NCBI GenBank assembly: GCA_038999725.1
Contig: JAWBWS010000004.1
Location: forward strand, 10,296 to 74,295
Source: Candidatus Aenigmatarchaeota archaeon
GTDB lineage: Archaea > Aenigmatarchaeota > Aenigmatarchaeia > CG10238-14 > SCSR01
DNA: 64,000 nt
Reading direction: 5' to 3'
The notes beneath the pieces are model-generated. The model saw nothing but the letters and a program-made list of their open reading frames with translations, did not search any database and was not told the origin of the DNA. Made by a program: the position numbers and the translations under genes. Below are positions 20,293 to 30,732 of this stretch, one piece after another (position 1 is the first letter of the stretch; every line of letters begins with the position of its first letter).

Positions 20293-21532
20293 TTTTATCT
20301 TGAGAAAACAGGGAAGTGAATATCTTAGTCTTCAAATCGGCCACAATTCTCATGAAATTTGCAAAACTTTCCTCTGGGCTTGAGAAGCAGCTGAAATATT
20401 TGTGGACATCACCATCAGCCCACATCTTGTTACACATGTAGTAATAATGATCGCTTGTTAGCAAGTACTTCCAAACCTTTTTCATCTCCCCATCGTTTAC
20501 TTCCCTCAAAAGCTTTCCCAAATTCTTTACTTCTTCAAAACAAGTTTGTTGCATCTTATTGCCTAGCCAAGCAGAAACATCCCTCTCCATGTCGGCCCAG
20601 GAGACTGTTGAAAACTCAAAAACATCTATTTCACCTATGGGCTTAATTTTTTCCACAATTTCACTTGGTGTTGCAAACTCCAAATTCTCATATTTCAAAA
20701 CTTCATAGGGCAAAGCTTTCAAGAACCAGAAAATTCCAGATTCTGCCCATTGATGCTCACCGAAAGTTTCAAAATCCATGAAAATATTTATGCATTCACC
20801 CGGAGTTGCATTAAGCCAGGCTGCAAATTTATCAGCGGTTAAAGGCCACTGGTCCCAATTCATTGCTGAAAATCTATAACCAATGTCGTCGCTAAGCCTA
20901 TAATTCCTTAAGAGAATTCTTATCCTTTTATCCCAATCTCTATCATCCGGAAAGCAAAACTTCCTCACATAAATGTAATTTGGTGATCTCCATCCAAGAA
21001 TTCTTTCAGCACCTTCTGTGAAAATTGCCTTGAATCCCAAATCTTCAACTATTCTACCAATAACATTGTTATATATCATTTCAGTATTCACGAAGACCCT
21101 CGGCTTAACACCGAATAAATCTTTCATTGTTTGGGAGTGAAGATTTACCTCTTCCACAAATTCTTCTTTTGTATCAAAAAGGCTTGACAAAGAATGATGA
21201 TAAGTTTCACCAATTATTTCAACCTTCTTTGTTTTCACAAGTTGTTTGAAATTCTCGAGAACATCTTTGCCATATTTTTCACAAAGTTCGAGAAAAACCC
21301 CACTGATTGCAAAATTCACCTTGAACTGCTTCTTTTCATGCTTAAACTTATCTATCAGCTCAAGCAAGATGTTTGTTGTTGGTAGATAGCACCTATCTCT
21401 GACTTTTTCAAAGATCATTTTATTCAAGCCTGAATTGAAATAGCTATTCATATCTTTAGAAATTCCATCTGTTTGAAAATTGGCCAATCTTATGGGCTGA
21501 TGTACTTGGAAGCTTAAGGTAATCAGAACCAT
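20285..21532 (-). CDS. GH57 alpha-amylase/amylopullulanase-like
   Basis: FQVHQP, ETYHHSL, NTEMIY, DFETFGEH. Confidence 0.9.
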   Translation of the reverse strand: MVLITLSFQVHQPIRLANFQTDGISKDMNSYFNSGLNKMIFEKVRDRCYLPTTNILLELIDKFKHEKKQFKVNFAISGVFLELCEKYGKDVLENFKQLVKTKKVEIIGETYHHSLSSLFDTKEEFVEEVNLHSQTMKDLFGVKPRVFVNTEMIYNNVIGRIVEDLGFKAIFTEGAERILGWRSPNYIYVRKFCFPDDRDWDKRIRILLRNYRLSDDIGYRFSAMNWDQWPLTADKFAAWLNATPGECINIFMDFETFGEHQWAESGIFWFLKALPYEVLKYENLEFATPSEIVEKIKPIGEIDVFEFSTVSWADMERDVSAWLGNKMQQTCFEEVKNLGKLLREVNDGEMKKVWKYLLTSDHYYYMCNKMWADGDVHKYFSCFSSPEESFANFMRIVADLKTKIFTSLFSQDKIK

Positions 21533-21580
21533 AGTTATAATTATTTCTTATACCCCTTATAAATTTAACATTAGGGCAAC

Positions 21581-23551
21581 ATGAAAATTGAGGAAGTTAA
21601 GAACAAATGCTATTTGCTTTCCGGCAAAAAGGCTTTCTTCCACAGGTTTTGTGACTCAGGCTTTAAAACAAAATGGACAGGTTTTTGGTCTGAGTCAAGG
21701 AAATTTTTTGATTATTTTGCCTTTAGGGTGAATGAAAGTTGGTTGTCTCCAGAGAATTGTGTCGAGGTTGTTTTTGATGACTCAAGTTTCACACACATCT
21801 ATTCTCTAGATGGAATAAAAGTAGTGGAAAAGCTATTTGTGCCGGAAGAAAGGAGGGCATTAGTTTGCAATCTGAGGATTGAAAGCAAAGAAATAAGGAG
21901 ACTGAAAGTTTTCATGGAAGTTGGTGTAAACATAAGAGATAGGGAAGAAAATTGGCATGATAGAAAATATGTCGTGAAGAGGGAAGCTAACATGCTTATG
22001 GTGAATTCAGAGAAAGGTTGCCTTGCCATTGGATTTTCCAAACCTTTCGAAATTTCAGGAAAAGAAATTTACAAAGATCATTTCCCAGGTGAACTTGAAA
22101 GATGTTTCATTCCAGGTGCAATTTCATTTGAAATTGAATGTGGAGATTCAAAAGAAGAGATCTCGATAATTTTTTCTTCTGGGAAAAACGAGACTGAAGC
22201 TATGGTTAATTTAGTTTCAACTAAAAATTCTTTAGGCGAGGTTGAAATAGAAGAGTCAAAACCTTTCTTGGCTCTGGAATTTAAAACTGGTATTAAAGAA
22301 CTAGACGATCTTTTCAGAAAGAGTGTTATTGGTTTAGAAAAACTTAAGGTGGAAGCCGAAGCCGGTTTTGGCTACATCGCAGGCTATCCCTGGTTCACAC
22401 AATTTTGGGGGAGAGATTTGGGTTGGATGATCCCAGCTATTGTGGATTATGGGAATTTTGAAGATGCTAAAAAAGCTTTGATGACTTTGATGAAATTTCA
22501 GTCAAGGGAGGGGGAAATCCCAAACTTCATTTATTTGGATGGAAAACCTATTTATGGTTCAATAGATGCTACCCCACTTTGGATTATTGCCCTAAATCAC
22601 TACATCCAAAACTCTGGAGATTTGGAATTTTTGAAAGAAAGTAAGAAAAACATCATTAGAGCTTTTGGTTGGTGCATTAGCAAGAGTGATGACAAGCTAA
22701 TGGAAGCTGAAAAAAGAGCAACATGGATGGATAGTTTGGATAGAGATGGTAAACCGATTGAAGTTCAAGCAATTTGGTACGAATGTTTGCTTTCTCTCAA
22801 AAAACTTTCTGAGATTTTGGGAGAAAATTTGGTAGATTTTTCTTATGTGAAAGAGGTGGAGAGAAAAATAGAAGAAGATTTTTGGAATCCCTCCTCAAAT
22901 TTTTACTTTGATAGGATTAAGTGGAAGTTTAAAGATGAAAAGAAAACCATAAACTCAATTTTCCCCCTTCTTTTTAAAATTTCAAAAAATCCGGTAGAAA
23001 TTTTAAGAAGAATCGAGAGTGAAGAATTCACCTCGCCTTTTGGTGTGAGGAGCGTCTCGAAGAATGATCCAACATTCAATCCAATTGGTTATCATACCGG
23101 AAGCGTTTGGAGTTGGATAACGGGTTTAGTGGCTTGTGTGGAATTTGGAGAAGATAGGGCAGAAAAAGGTCTTGAATACTTGAAGATATTATGGAAAATG
23201 TTTGACAGGAACTGTCTGGGATCTTTAGATGAAGCTTGGAATTCGGAAAATGGTGATGCTGTGTTGCTGAAAGAAATTGGGTATGAACCTTCAGGCTTCT
23301 TCCAAGGTTGGGGGTTTGCCTCTGTGGTAAGGTGTTTAGATGAATTTATGCTTGGTCTTAAAGTTGATGCTCTCAACAAAACAATATTTGCTTCTCCTTC
23401 TCTAATAGATGGGATGAAAGTTTTGAGGGAAAAAAGGATTGGAAATGATATCGTCAAGATTTCAATGGAAAGAATAGGAGATGAATTAAAAGTGGTTCTT
23501 AAAAGTGGGAGAAAAAAAGGATACAGGCTCATTAAAGTACCAAAGGCTTAA
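21581..23551 (+). CDS. Amylo-alpha-1,6-glucosidase (glycogen debranching enzyme family)
   Basis: AGYPWF..WGRD, SIDATPLW, TWMD, YHTGSVWSW, QGW. Confidence 0.88.
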   Translation: MKIEEVKNKCYLLSGKKAFFHRFCDSGFKTKWTGFWSESRKFFDYFAFRVNESWLSPENCVEVVFDDSSFTHIYSLDGIKVVEKLFVPEERRALVCNLRIESKEIRRLKVFMEVGVNIRDREENWHDRKYVVKREANMLMVNSEKGCLAIGFSKPFEISGKEIYKDHFPGELERCFIPGAISFEIECGDSKEEISIIFSSGKNETEAMVNLVSTKNSLGEVEIEESKPFLALEFKTGIKELDDLFRKSVIGLEKLKVEAEAGFGYIAGYPWFTQFWGRDLGWMIPAIVDYGNFEDAKKALMTLMKFQSREGEIPNFIYLDGKPIYGSIDATPLWIIALNHYIQNSGDLEFLKESKKNIIRAFGWCISKSDDKLMEAEKRATWMDSLDRDGKPIEVQAIWYECLLSLKKLSEILGENLVDFSYVKEVERKIEEDFWNPSSNFYFDRIKWKFKDEKKTINSIFPLLFKISKNPVEILRRIESEEFTSPFGVRSVSKNDPTFNPIGYHTGSVWSWITGLVACVEFGEDRAEKGLEYLKILWKMFDRNCLGSLDEAWNSENGDAVLLKEIGYEPSGFFQGWGFASVVRCLDEFMLGLKVDALNKTIFASPSLIDGMKVLREKRIGNDIVKISMERIGDELKVVLKSGRKKGYRLIKVPKA

Positions 23552-24303
23552 TCAAACTCGTGGAAAATTTCGTCAAAAACTTCAGACTCTTTCCACGAGC
23601 TCAATATTTCTTTCAATTTTTCAGGTTCTTTTTTAGCAAGTTTTAAAACATCAAACTTTTTGATGTTTTTTATGAAAACAAGACCCACCTCTGGATATTT
23701 CTTGTTTTCTCTAAATTCTAGATTTTTATTTTTATCGTAAAAAATGTGGAAGGGAAACCCTTTATTCTTCACCACGCTATAATCATGGCCAGCTATTTCA
23801 TGAACAAAATTCAAGACCACACAATCTTTTTTTCCTGAAATGAGCCTGTGTATGAAAAATGGGGGAATGAAAAAAGAATAACCTTCCTTAATTTCAATTA
23901 AGTAGCTGTTGAAGGTTTTTCTGTGGGAAAGAAGAAGATAGCAACCATTCTTCAGAGCCACATAAACTTCACCTAAATTCTCTTTATGGATATGACCATA
24001 AGTACAGAAGGCTTCACCTTCCTTTTTTAAAGAAAAAATTCCTTGCCTAAGTAGAGTTATGTCAACCATGACTCCAAAATTTTCGAGAAAATCTCTTGCA
24101 ACATCTTGAAATTTCCATAAATTGTAAACTTCATAAATTGTTAAATCTCCTTTTCTTTCCAAAAGTTCTTTTGCACTTTCCAAATCAAGTATAACCCTAT
24201 CTTTCAAAAGTTCGGAAAGGTATCTTTTCCGACACTCAACTTTCTTCCCGAAGTTCAAGCTCAATTTTTTTCCTTGTTTTTTTATTGAAAATCCAAAATC
24301 CAT
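23548..24303 (-). CDS. Cupin-type glucose-6-phosphate isomerase-like protein
   Basis: DITLL..G...E..CTYGHIH...EVY...IPP..IHR...HDY. Confidence 0.75.
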   Translation of the reverse strand: MDFGFSIKKQGKKLSLNFGKKVECRKRYLSELLKDRVILDLESAKELLERKGDLTIYEVYNLWKFQDVARDFLENFGVMVDITLLRQGIFSLKKEGEAFCTYGHIHKENLGEVYVALKNGCYLLLSHRKTFNSYLIEIKEGYSFFIPPFFIHRLISGKKDCVVLNFVHEIAGHDYSVVKNKGFPFHIFYDKNKNLEFRENKKYPEVGLVFIKNIKKFDVLKLAKKEPEKLKEILSSWKESEVFDEIFHEFD

Positions 24304-24334
24304 CAAAATAAATTTACCTTCTCAAATTAAAATT

Positions 24335-25567
24335 ATGGATGTTTGCTATATTCCTTGGCTTCATATGCATCAACCCCTCGTTTGGTTGAACAGCAAGATA
24401 GTCTCAAATTTGGAAAAAATGCTGAATTCAAAAAATGATAGGGAAAGTTGGGATGGTAAGTTGATTTTGAGAGCTTACAAGAATCCCGCCAAGTATGTGA
24501 CAATGCTTGCCGAGGAAGGTTTTAAACCTAAAATAATGCTAGATTTTTCAGGAGTTCTTTTAGAGTCTCTTTTGGATTTGGATGAGAGGAAAATTTCTTC
24601 AGAAATTGAGGTTCATGGAGAGAAAATAGGCCCAATTTTAACCGCTTACAAAAAAGTTTTGAGGAAATTTCCAGAAAGCTTGGAATTTGTGGGCACAGCT
24701 TATTCCCACTGCTACTTCCCAGCAACTCCGGAAGAAGATTGGAAATTGCAAATAGAGAAATGGAGAGAAATTTTCAAAAAAATTTTCGGTTCAAGTGAAT
24801 TGAAAAGGGTCGAAGGGTTTTGGCTCCCTGAGATGGGTGTACCAGGAAGAGAAGAAGTTTTAAGCAAGCTGATAAAATGTATGAGAGAATATTACGAGTG
24901 GATGATATTGCCTGTGCAGAGCATTCAAGGATATGAGAACTTGAGTTATGAAAAAATTGTGGAAATTTTTTGCAAACCTCATTTGTTGCAAGCTGGGAAT
25001 GAGGAGATTGTAGTAGTATTTAGGGTACCTACTTACTTCATCGACCAACAAGCCGGATGTTCGCCAGATTTTTTGTACTCAAAGTGTTTAGAAGCTGAAA
25101 GGATATTTTCTAGGCTTAGCGGTAAGCCCGCATTACTTATTACTGCAAGTGATGGTGAGAATGGAAATGTGATGATGAATGAATTTTTCCCCCAAACCTT
25201 TGTTCCATTTTTTAGAGAGAAAATTGGAAAAAATGTTTTTTCCCTAACTGTGAGTGAATTTTTGGAAAAATTTTATGAAGAGGGAATAAAGGAGAAGATA
25301 AAGCTAAAAGATGTAGGTGCTTCGTGGGTAAATGGCCATGAAGCATGGATTGGAGGTGGGAGAAGAATTGAAGCGATTAAAAGAATATTTCAATTAAGCA
25401 AAAAATTTCATGAACTTAAACCAGAACAAAAATCAAAGGTGGAAAAGTTGCTTTTGATTGCAGAGACAAGTTGCTATGTCTATTGGGGGATTGATTATTG
25501 GTTTGAACAAGGAAGAAAGTTTGCCTCTTATGCTGAAAGCATGATTAAAAGGTTAAAACCTGTCTAA
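24335..25567 (+). CDS. GH57 family glycoside hydrolase
   Basis: LHMHQP, FSGVLLE, GFWLPEMG, SDGENG, AETSCY. Confidence 0.85.
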   Translation: MDVCYIPWLHMHQPLVWLNSKIVSNLEKMLNSKNDRESWDGKLILRAYKNPAKYVTMLAEEGFKPKIMLDFSGVLLESLLDLDERKISSEIEVHGEKIGPILTAYKKVLRKFPESLEFVGTAYSHCYFPATPEEDWKLQIEKWREIFKKIFGSSELKRVEGFWLPEMGVPGREEVLSKLIKCMREYYEWMILPVQSIQGYENLSYEKIVEIFCKPHLLQAGNEEIVVVFRVPTYFIDQQAGCSPDFLYSKCLEAERIFSRLSGKPALLITASDGENGNVMMNEFFPQTFVPFFREKIGKNVFSLTVSEFLEKFYEEGIKEKIKLKDVGASWVNGHEAWIGGGRRIEAIKRIFQLSKKFHELKPEQKSKVEKLLLIAETSCYVYWGIDYWFEQGRKFASYAESMIKRLKPV

Positions 25568-25649
25568 ATTTATGTAGAAAAATTTTTTCTAAAGAATGAT
25601 AAATTTATAAACAAGCGCCACAAACAATTTAATAAGTGTTGGTGTAGTT

Positions 25650-26822
25650 ATGAGGATAGGCTTCTTTTGTTGGGAATCTCTCCACTCGATACCAGTAGGT
25701 GGGATGGGTGTTGCTGTAACCGAGCTTGCTGCTGCTCTTGAAAGAAAAGGAAATGAAGTTCATGTTTTCACAAGAATAGGACAAAATCAAAAGGTTTATG
25801 AAGTTGTCGATGGAGTACATTATCACAGATGTCCATTTAACTTTTCTCCAAATTTTTTTTATGAGATGACAAATAACATGTGCAAGTCCATGGCTTACCA
25901 TTTCTTTGAAACAGAAAATGTCTCTGGGGCCTTTGATATAATTCATGGACACGACTGGCATGTTGTGAATGCTCTGGATGAAATAAAAAAAGCAAGAAAC
26001 AAAAGGGTTGTTTTCACTCTCCACTCAACCCAATTTGGGAGGGATGGAAATCATTTTCACGATGGTGTGGCAAAGGATATAACAAATCTTGAATGGTATG
26101 GAGCTTACATAGCTGAAAGAGTTGTAGTCTGTTCAAATACGATGAAGGAAGAAGTGCAAAGAATTTACAGAGTGCCTGAAGATAAAATTAGAATTGTACC
26201 AAATGGAGTATGGGCAAGAAATTTTGATGGTTTTGTTGATGCATGGAAAGACGTGAAATCACATCTTGGAATTGGTGTTTATGATCCAATGATAACTTTT
26301 GTTGGAAGGATGACTATTCAGAAGGGTCCAGACTTGCTCGTTGAAGCCATTCCAGATGTTTTGAAAGATTTTCCAAATGTTAAGTTTGTTTTTGTTGGTG
26401 ATGGTTACATGAAACCTCAATTAGAAAGGAGGGTAAAAGAACTTGGCGTACAGCATGCTGTGAGATTTACAGGTTATGTTCCAGATGAATGGAAAACTAA
26501 AATAATGAAGGCCTCTGAGTGTATAGTTGTGCCAAGCAGGAATGAACCTTTTGGAATAGTTGTTCTGGAAGCTTGGTCATGCTACAAACCAGTGTTAGCC
26601 ACCCATGGCACAGGATCTGGAGAACTTGTTTGGCATGATGTCACAGGTTACAGAGTTTACCAAGCTCCAAACTCTATAGCCTGGGGAATAAAAGAAATTT
26701 TGAGAAATCCTGAGCATGCGAGATGGATGGGAAAGAATGGAAGGTATGCTGCTGAAAACACCTTCACTTGGGACAAAGCTGCTGAAAAGCTTTTGTCTAT
26801 TTATCAAGAAATAGTGAGGTGA
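25650..26822 (+). CDS. GT4 glycosyltransferase
   Basis: HGHDWH, VGRMTIQKG, PSRNEPFGIVVLEA. Confidence 0.92.
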   Translation: MRIGFFCWESLHSIPVGGMGVAVTELAAALERKGNEVHVFTRIGQNQKVYEVVDGVHYHRCPFNFSPNFFYEMTNNMCKSMAYHFFETENVSGAFDIIHGHDWHVVNALDEIKKARNKRVVFTLHSTQFGRDGNHFHDGVAKDITNLEWYGAYIAERVVVCSNTMKEEVQRIYRVPEDKIRIVPNGVWARNFDGFVDAWKDVKSHLGIGVYDPMITFVGRMTIQKGPDLLVEAIPDVLKDFPNVKFVFVGDGYMKPQLERRVKELGVQHAVRFTGYVPDEWKTKIMKASECIVVPSRNEPFGIVVLEAWSCYKPVLATHGTGSGELVWHDVTGYRVYQAPNSIAWGIKEILRNPEHARWMGKNGRYAAENTFTWDKAAEKLLSIYQEIVR

Positions 26823-26826
26823 GAAG

Positions 26827-27048
26827 ATGAAGTGTTGGTTTTGTGAAAAGGAGGCTCGGGGCGTTTGCATAGTTTGCGGGAGAGCAGTTTGTCATGAGCA
26901 TGCAGACAAACTCGATCAATTCACCCATGCAAAATCAGATACTTGCAGCGGTTTCGCAAGTTATGAAAAGGGATTTAATGTGTTGAAATGTAGAGAATGT
27001 AAGCTTGAGTGGGAGAGCTGGGAGCAGGGGAAGAGAGTAATCAGGTGA
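26827..27048 (+). CDS. Small Cys-rich (zinc-binding) protein
   Basis: CWFC-x6-CIVC-x4-CHEH and CREC; directly follows the GT4 gene. Confidence 0.7.
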   Translation: MKCWFCEKEARGVCIVCGRAVCHEHADKLDQFTHAKSDTCSGFASYEKGFNVLKCRECKLEWESWEQGKRVIR

Positions 27049-27964
27049 TCTTGAGTAGTTTTTCAATTTCTTCCTTTTTTACAAATCTCTCTCTTCCAAT
27101 TCTTGTTGTGTATAGAGCTCCACACGCGTTTGCAAATTCAGCACACTTTTTCAGACTTAGATTTAGCAAAAAAGCTTTGATGAAGCCTGCATCAAAAGCG
27201 TCTCCCGCTCCCGTTGTTTGGATAGGATCAACTTTAAACCCTTTCACATGAATTACCTCCCCACCTTCTCCAACATAGCTTCCATTTTCCCCATGTTTGA
27301 GGGCAACAATCTTTGGCCCAAATTCAAGGAGCCTCTCAACAATCCTTTCTGGATCTTCAATCTTTGTTATAGCCTTACCCTCTTCATAATCGGGAAAGAA
27401 AAAATCTGTTGTTTTCAAGATTTTAAGCAAGTCCCTTAGTCTTTTGTTTGTCCAACCTTTTGGATCCCAGTTTGGGTCTAAGCTAGTTTTCATTCCCTTC
27501 CTTCTAGCATAATTGAAAATCTCATAAACATCTTTTCTCAAACTATCGAGCAGATTAAAACCACCCACATGTAAAATTTTACCTTCTATCTCTTTCAAAG
27601 AAAAATCTTTTTTGGATAAATTGGAATTGCTTCCTCTGAAGGATACCATAGCCCTTTTCATGTCTTCAAAAGTTAGAGAAATTGTTATTCCTGCTGTTTC
27701 TCCTTTAACTCTCCTTATTTTGGTCTTTACCCCAGCTTTTTGAATTTCTTCTATTAAAAAATCAGAAATGAAATCAAAGCCTAAGCGCCCTATGAATTTT
27801 GTTTTAAGACCGAGAGAAGAACAGAAAGAAGCAAATATTGCAGAAGATCCACCAAGCTGAACTATAAATTTCGGCAAAATTGTTTGCCTATCTTTTTCAG
27901 GATAGTTTTTCAATGGCGAAGAAATTAAGTCAAGATTTATGTCACCTACCACACTTACATCCAT
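27041..27964 (-). CDS. PfkB-family carbohydrate kinase
   Basis: GDINLD, GGSSA, DPNW, TTGAGDAF. Confidence 0.9.
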   Translation of the reverse strand: MDVSVVGDINLDLISSPLKNYPEKDRQTILPKFIVQLGGSSAIFASFCSSLGLKTKFIGRLGFDFISDFLIEEIQKAGVKTKIRRVKGETAGITISLTFEDMKRAMVSFRGSNSNLSKKDFSLKEIEGKILHVGGFNLLDSLRKDVYEIFNYARRKGMKTSLDPNWDPKGWTNKRLRDLLKILKTTDFFFPDYEEGKAITKIEDPERIVERLLEFGPKIVALKHGENGSYVGEGGEVIHVKGFKVDPIQTTGAGDAFDAGFIKAFLLNLSLKKCAEFANACGALYTTRIGRERFVKKEEIEKLLKIT

Positions 27965-28000
27965 ATAATTTAATAGGGAATCAAAACTAAATTTAGTTTT

Positions 28001-29503
28001 ATGAATGAAGTTTTAAAGCCGAATGTTTTAATGGTTTCAGCTGAGCTTAAAAGTTTTAAATCAAGAGCTGGCGGTCTTGGTCCTGCTGTTGAAGAGCTTG
28101 CCTATTCTTTGGCAAAGCTAGGTTGCAAGGTTAGTGTGGTTAGCTTGCTATACAAGTACGGAAGAGACGAGAAAGATGAAATTAAAGAAATAGATTACAG
28201 TGATATAAAGCTTGAAGATTTTGCAGTTGTAAGCTTCTGGATTGCAAATGAAAAAGTAAGTGCCCAAATTAAAAAAGTTGAAAAAAATGGTGTAACATTT
28301 TATTTTTTAGAAAATGAAAAATTTGCAAATCTTTTGTACGAAGGTGATGGTCTTCAAAGAGCAATTTTTTTGGCTAGAGGAACTTTAGAGTTGGCTAAGC
28401 TTTTGGACAAAGTTGATATAATCCACTTGAATGATGCTCACACAGGCTTGATACCACTTTTCTTTAAAGCAGAATACAAATACCATAGCGATACAAAACT
28501 CAAAAACTTAAAATTTGCTTACACTATTCACAATGCAGGAAAAGCTTACCAACAGATATTTGAAGGAGAAAGATTTTGGGAGCTTAGCATAGGAGAAGAA
28601 TGGAGAGAAAAGGTTATATGGGAAGGTAAAATCAATCTAACTTATACTGCCACAATTCTTTCTGATATTTGTAACACAGTTAGCCCAGATTACGCGAAAA
28701 CCTTAGAGGAAAATGGTGAAGGCTTGAGAGAAATTTTCAGGATAAAAAAAATTTTTGGAATTACCAATGGTATAGATATTGATTATTGGAGAATGCCTGA
28801 ACTTAAAAGTGTGAAATCTGTAAAGGATTTGAAAGAAAAAAAGAAGATGGCAAAGATCGAGCTCTTGAAAGAAATAGAAAAGATAAAGGGGGACAAGCTT
28901 TCCGAAGAAAGGCTAACGATAGTAATTCCTAGGAGATTTGCAGATCAAAAGGGTTTTGAAATCTTCTTACCTCACTCTGGAATAATAGTGAAGAGTAGGG
29001 AAGAAGGTGGTTTGGGTGCACAAATCATCATCCTTGGAAGAGCCGCCCTTGGAGATCCTGTTGGAAGGAAGTGGATAGAAATGTGTAAAAGGCTTGATGA
29101 AGAATTGGGGAACTACTTTGTTTTCATTCAAGGGTTTAATGAAGAACTTGCAAAGAAAATGTATTGGGGAGGAGATTTGCTCCTCTATCCTTCTCTACCA
29201 GGAAAAGAACCCTGTGGTACAGGCTACATGATGGCTGCAGTTAATGGTACTGTAACCTTGGGAACAGATACAGGAGGGATGAGTGATAAAATAATCGACT
29301 TCAAGAATGGATTTAAAATCAAAAAAGAGGAATATGGGTGGGAGGCCTTTTTAGAAAAATTAAAAATCATCTCAAACCTTTTCTATGAGGAAAGAGAGAA
29401 GTGGGATGAAATAATGTGGAATGCCTTCAAAATGAAAGTTGACATGGATGAAACAGCAAAAGAATACCTAACAAAATTATACTTTCCAATCCTAAAAAAA
29501 TAA
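28001..29503 (+). CDS. glgA: Glycogen synthase (GT5)
   Basis: RAGGLG, HLNDAH, TIHN, NTVSPDYA, ITNGID, RFADQKG, EPCG. Confidence 0.88.
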   Translation: MNEVLKPNVLMVSAELKSFKSRAGGLGPAVEELAYSLAKLGCKVSVVSLLYKYGRDEKDEIKEIDYSDIKLEDFAVVSFWIANEKVSAQIKKVEKNGVTFYFLENEKFANLLYEGDGLQRAIFLARGTLELAKLLDKVDIIHLNDAHTGLIPLFFKAEYKYHSDTKLKNLKFAYTIHNAGKAYQQIFEGERFWELSIGEEWREKVIWEGKINLTYTATILSDICNTVSPDYAKTLEENGEGLREIFRIKKIFGITNGIDIDYWRMPELKSVKSVKDLKEKKKMAKIELLKEIEKIKGDKLSEERLTIVIPRRFADQKGFEIFLPHSGIIVKSREEGGLGAQIIILGRAALGDPVGRKWIEMCKRLDEELGNYFVFIQGFNEELAKKMYWGGDLLLYPSLPGKEPCGTGYMMAAVNGTVTLGTDTGGMSDKIIDFKNGFKIKKEEYGWEAFLEKLKIISNLFYEEREKWDEIMWNAFKMKVDMDETAKEYLTKLYFPILKK

Positions 29504-29504
29504 T

Positions 29505-30725
29505 ATGAAGATTGCTTTCATCTCTTGGGAGTATACTCCTTTCTTGGTAGGTGGTCTTGGGATTTATTCTTTGAACATGACAAGAAAGTTTGTTGAGAAG
29601 GGAAATGAAGTTTCAGTTTTCACCATGAATCCAAAAAATTCAAAGGAGTTTGAGGAAAAAAATGGGATAAAAATTTACAGGTTCTCTTTTCTTGACAGCT
29701 CAAAGACAATTTCAATTTTTGCAAATAGTGATATTTTAAGTTGGGGGAAAGGTCTAAAGCTTTTTTCTGACATTTTTAATTACAATTTCCTCTTGACAAA
29801 AAAGTTTACTGAGCTACAAAAAAGGGAAAAGTTTGATATCATAGCCGTTCATGATTGGATTTCTGCTTTTTCTGGTTTGATGCTCAAGCAAACAAAAGTT
29901 CCAATAGTTTTTCACTTACATTCTGTTGAAGAAATTAGAAATTTCCCAGGATCGGAGACTTTGAAAAGATTGGAGAGAGAAATGGCAAAAGAAGCTAATA
30001 AAGTGATAACGGTCTCCGAATCCATGAGAGATTTTGTTGGATCAATAGGTTATGATAAAGAAAAAATTTCTGTATGCTGGAATGGAACAGATCCTGAAGC
30101 TTTTGATCCCAAAAAAGTTGATCTTGAACTTGTGGAAAAATTGAAAGAAAGATATAAAATAAGAGAAGAGAAAATTGTTTTTTTCATTGGCAGGCTTGTG
30201 TGGTTCAAGGGAATTTACAATTTGGTTAAAGCCATGAGTTTTGTTTTAAAAGAATTTCCAAACACGAAGCTTATTATGGTGGGGATTGGTGAAAGTGAAA
30301 ATCTTATGCAAGAGGTAAAAGCCTTAGGTTTAGAAAAAAATATCGTTTTGGTAAATAAGTGGTTAAGTGATGAAGAAAAGCTTGCCCACTTTTATTTGGC
30401 TGATGTTTGTGTTTTCCCAAGCATAAACGAGCCCTTTGGTATAGTTGCTTCTGAAGCTATGGCAATGGAAAAGCCTGTTGTTGTTGGTGCTTCCGGTGTT
30501 TCTGGCTTTAAAGAACAGGTTGTTCCTTCTGGTGAAAAAAGGACAGGAGTTCATGTGGATGGAAATAGCCCTCAAGATGTAGCCTGGGGAATAAAAGAGG
30601 TTTTGGGGAATTTAGAAGAAGCTAAGAAATGGGGGAAAAATGGGAGGGAGCTTGTGCTTGAAAAATTCAACTTTGAGTTAACTGCAACTAAGACATTATC
30701 AATTTATGAAAGCTTGCTGAAATAA
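29505..30725 (+). CDS. GT4 glycosyltransferase
   Basis: WEY.P..VGGLG, HDW, PSINEPFGIVASEAM. Confidence 0.92.
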   Translation: MKIAFISWEYTPFLVGGLGIYSLNMTRKFVEKGNEVSVFTMNPKNSKEFEEKNGIKIYRFSFLDSSKTISIFANSDILSWGKGLKLFSDIFNYNFLLTKKFTELQKREKFDIIAVHDWISAFSGLMLKQTKVPIVFHLHSVEEIRNFPGSETLKRLEREMAKEANKVITVSESMRDFVGSIGYDKEKISVCWNGTDPEAFDPKKVDLELVEKLKERYKIREEKIVFFIGRLVWFKGIYNLVKAMSFVLKEFPNTKLIMVGIGESENLMQEVKALGLEKNIVLVNKWLSDEEKLAHFYLADVCVFPSINEPFGIVASEAMAMEKPVVVGASGVSGFKEQVVPSGEKRTGVHVDGNSPQDVAWGIKEVLGNLEEAKKWGKNGRELVLEKFNFELTATKTLSIYESLLK

Positions 30726-30732
30726 TTAATTG

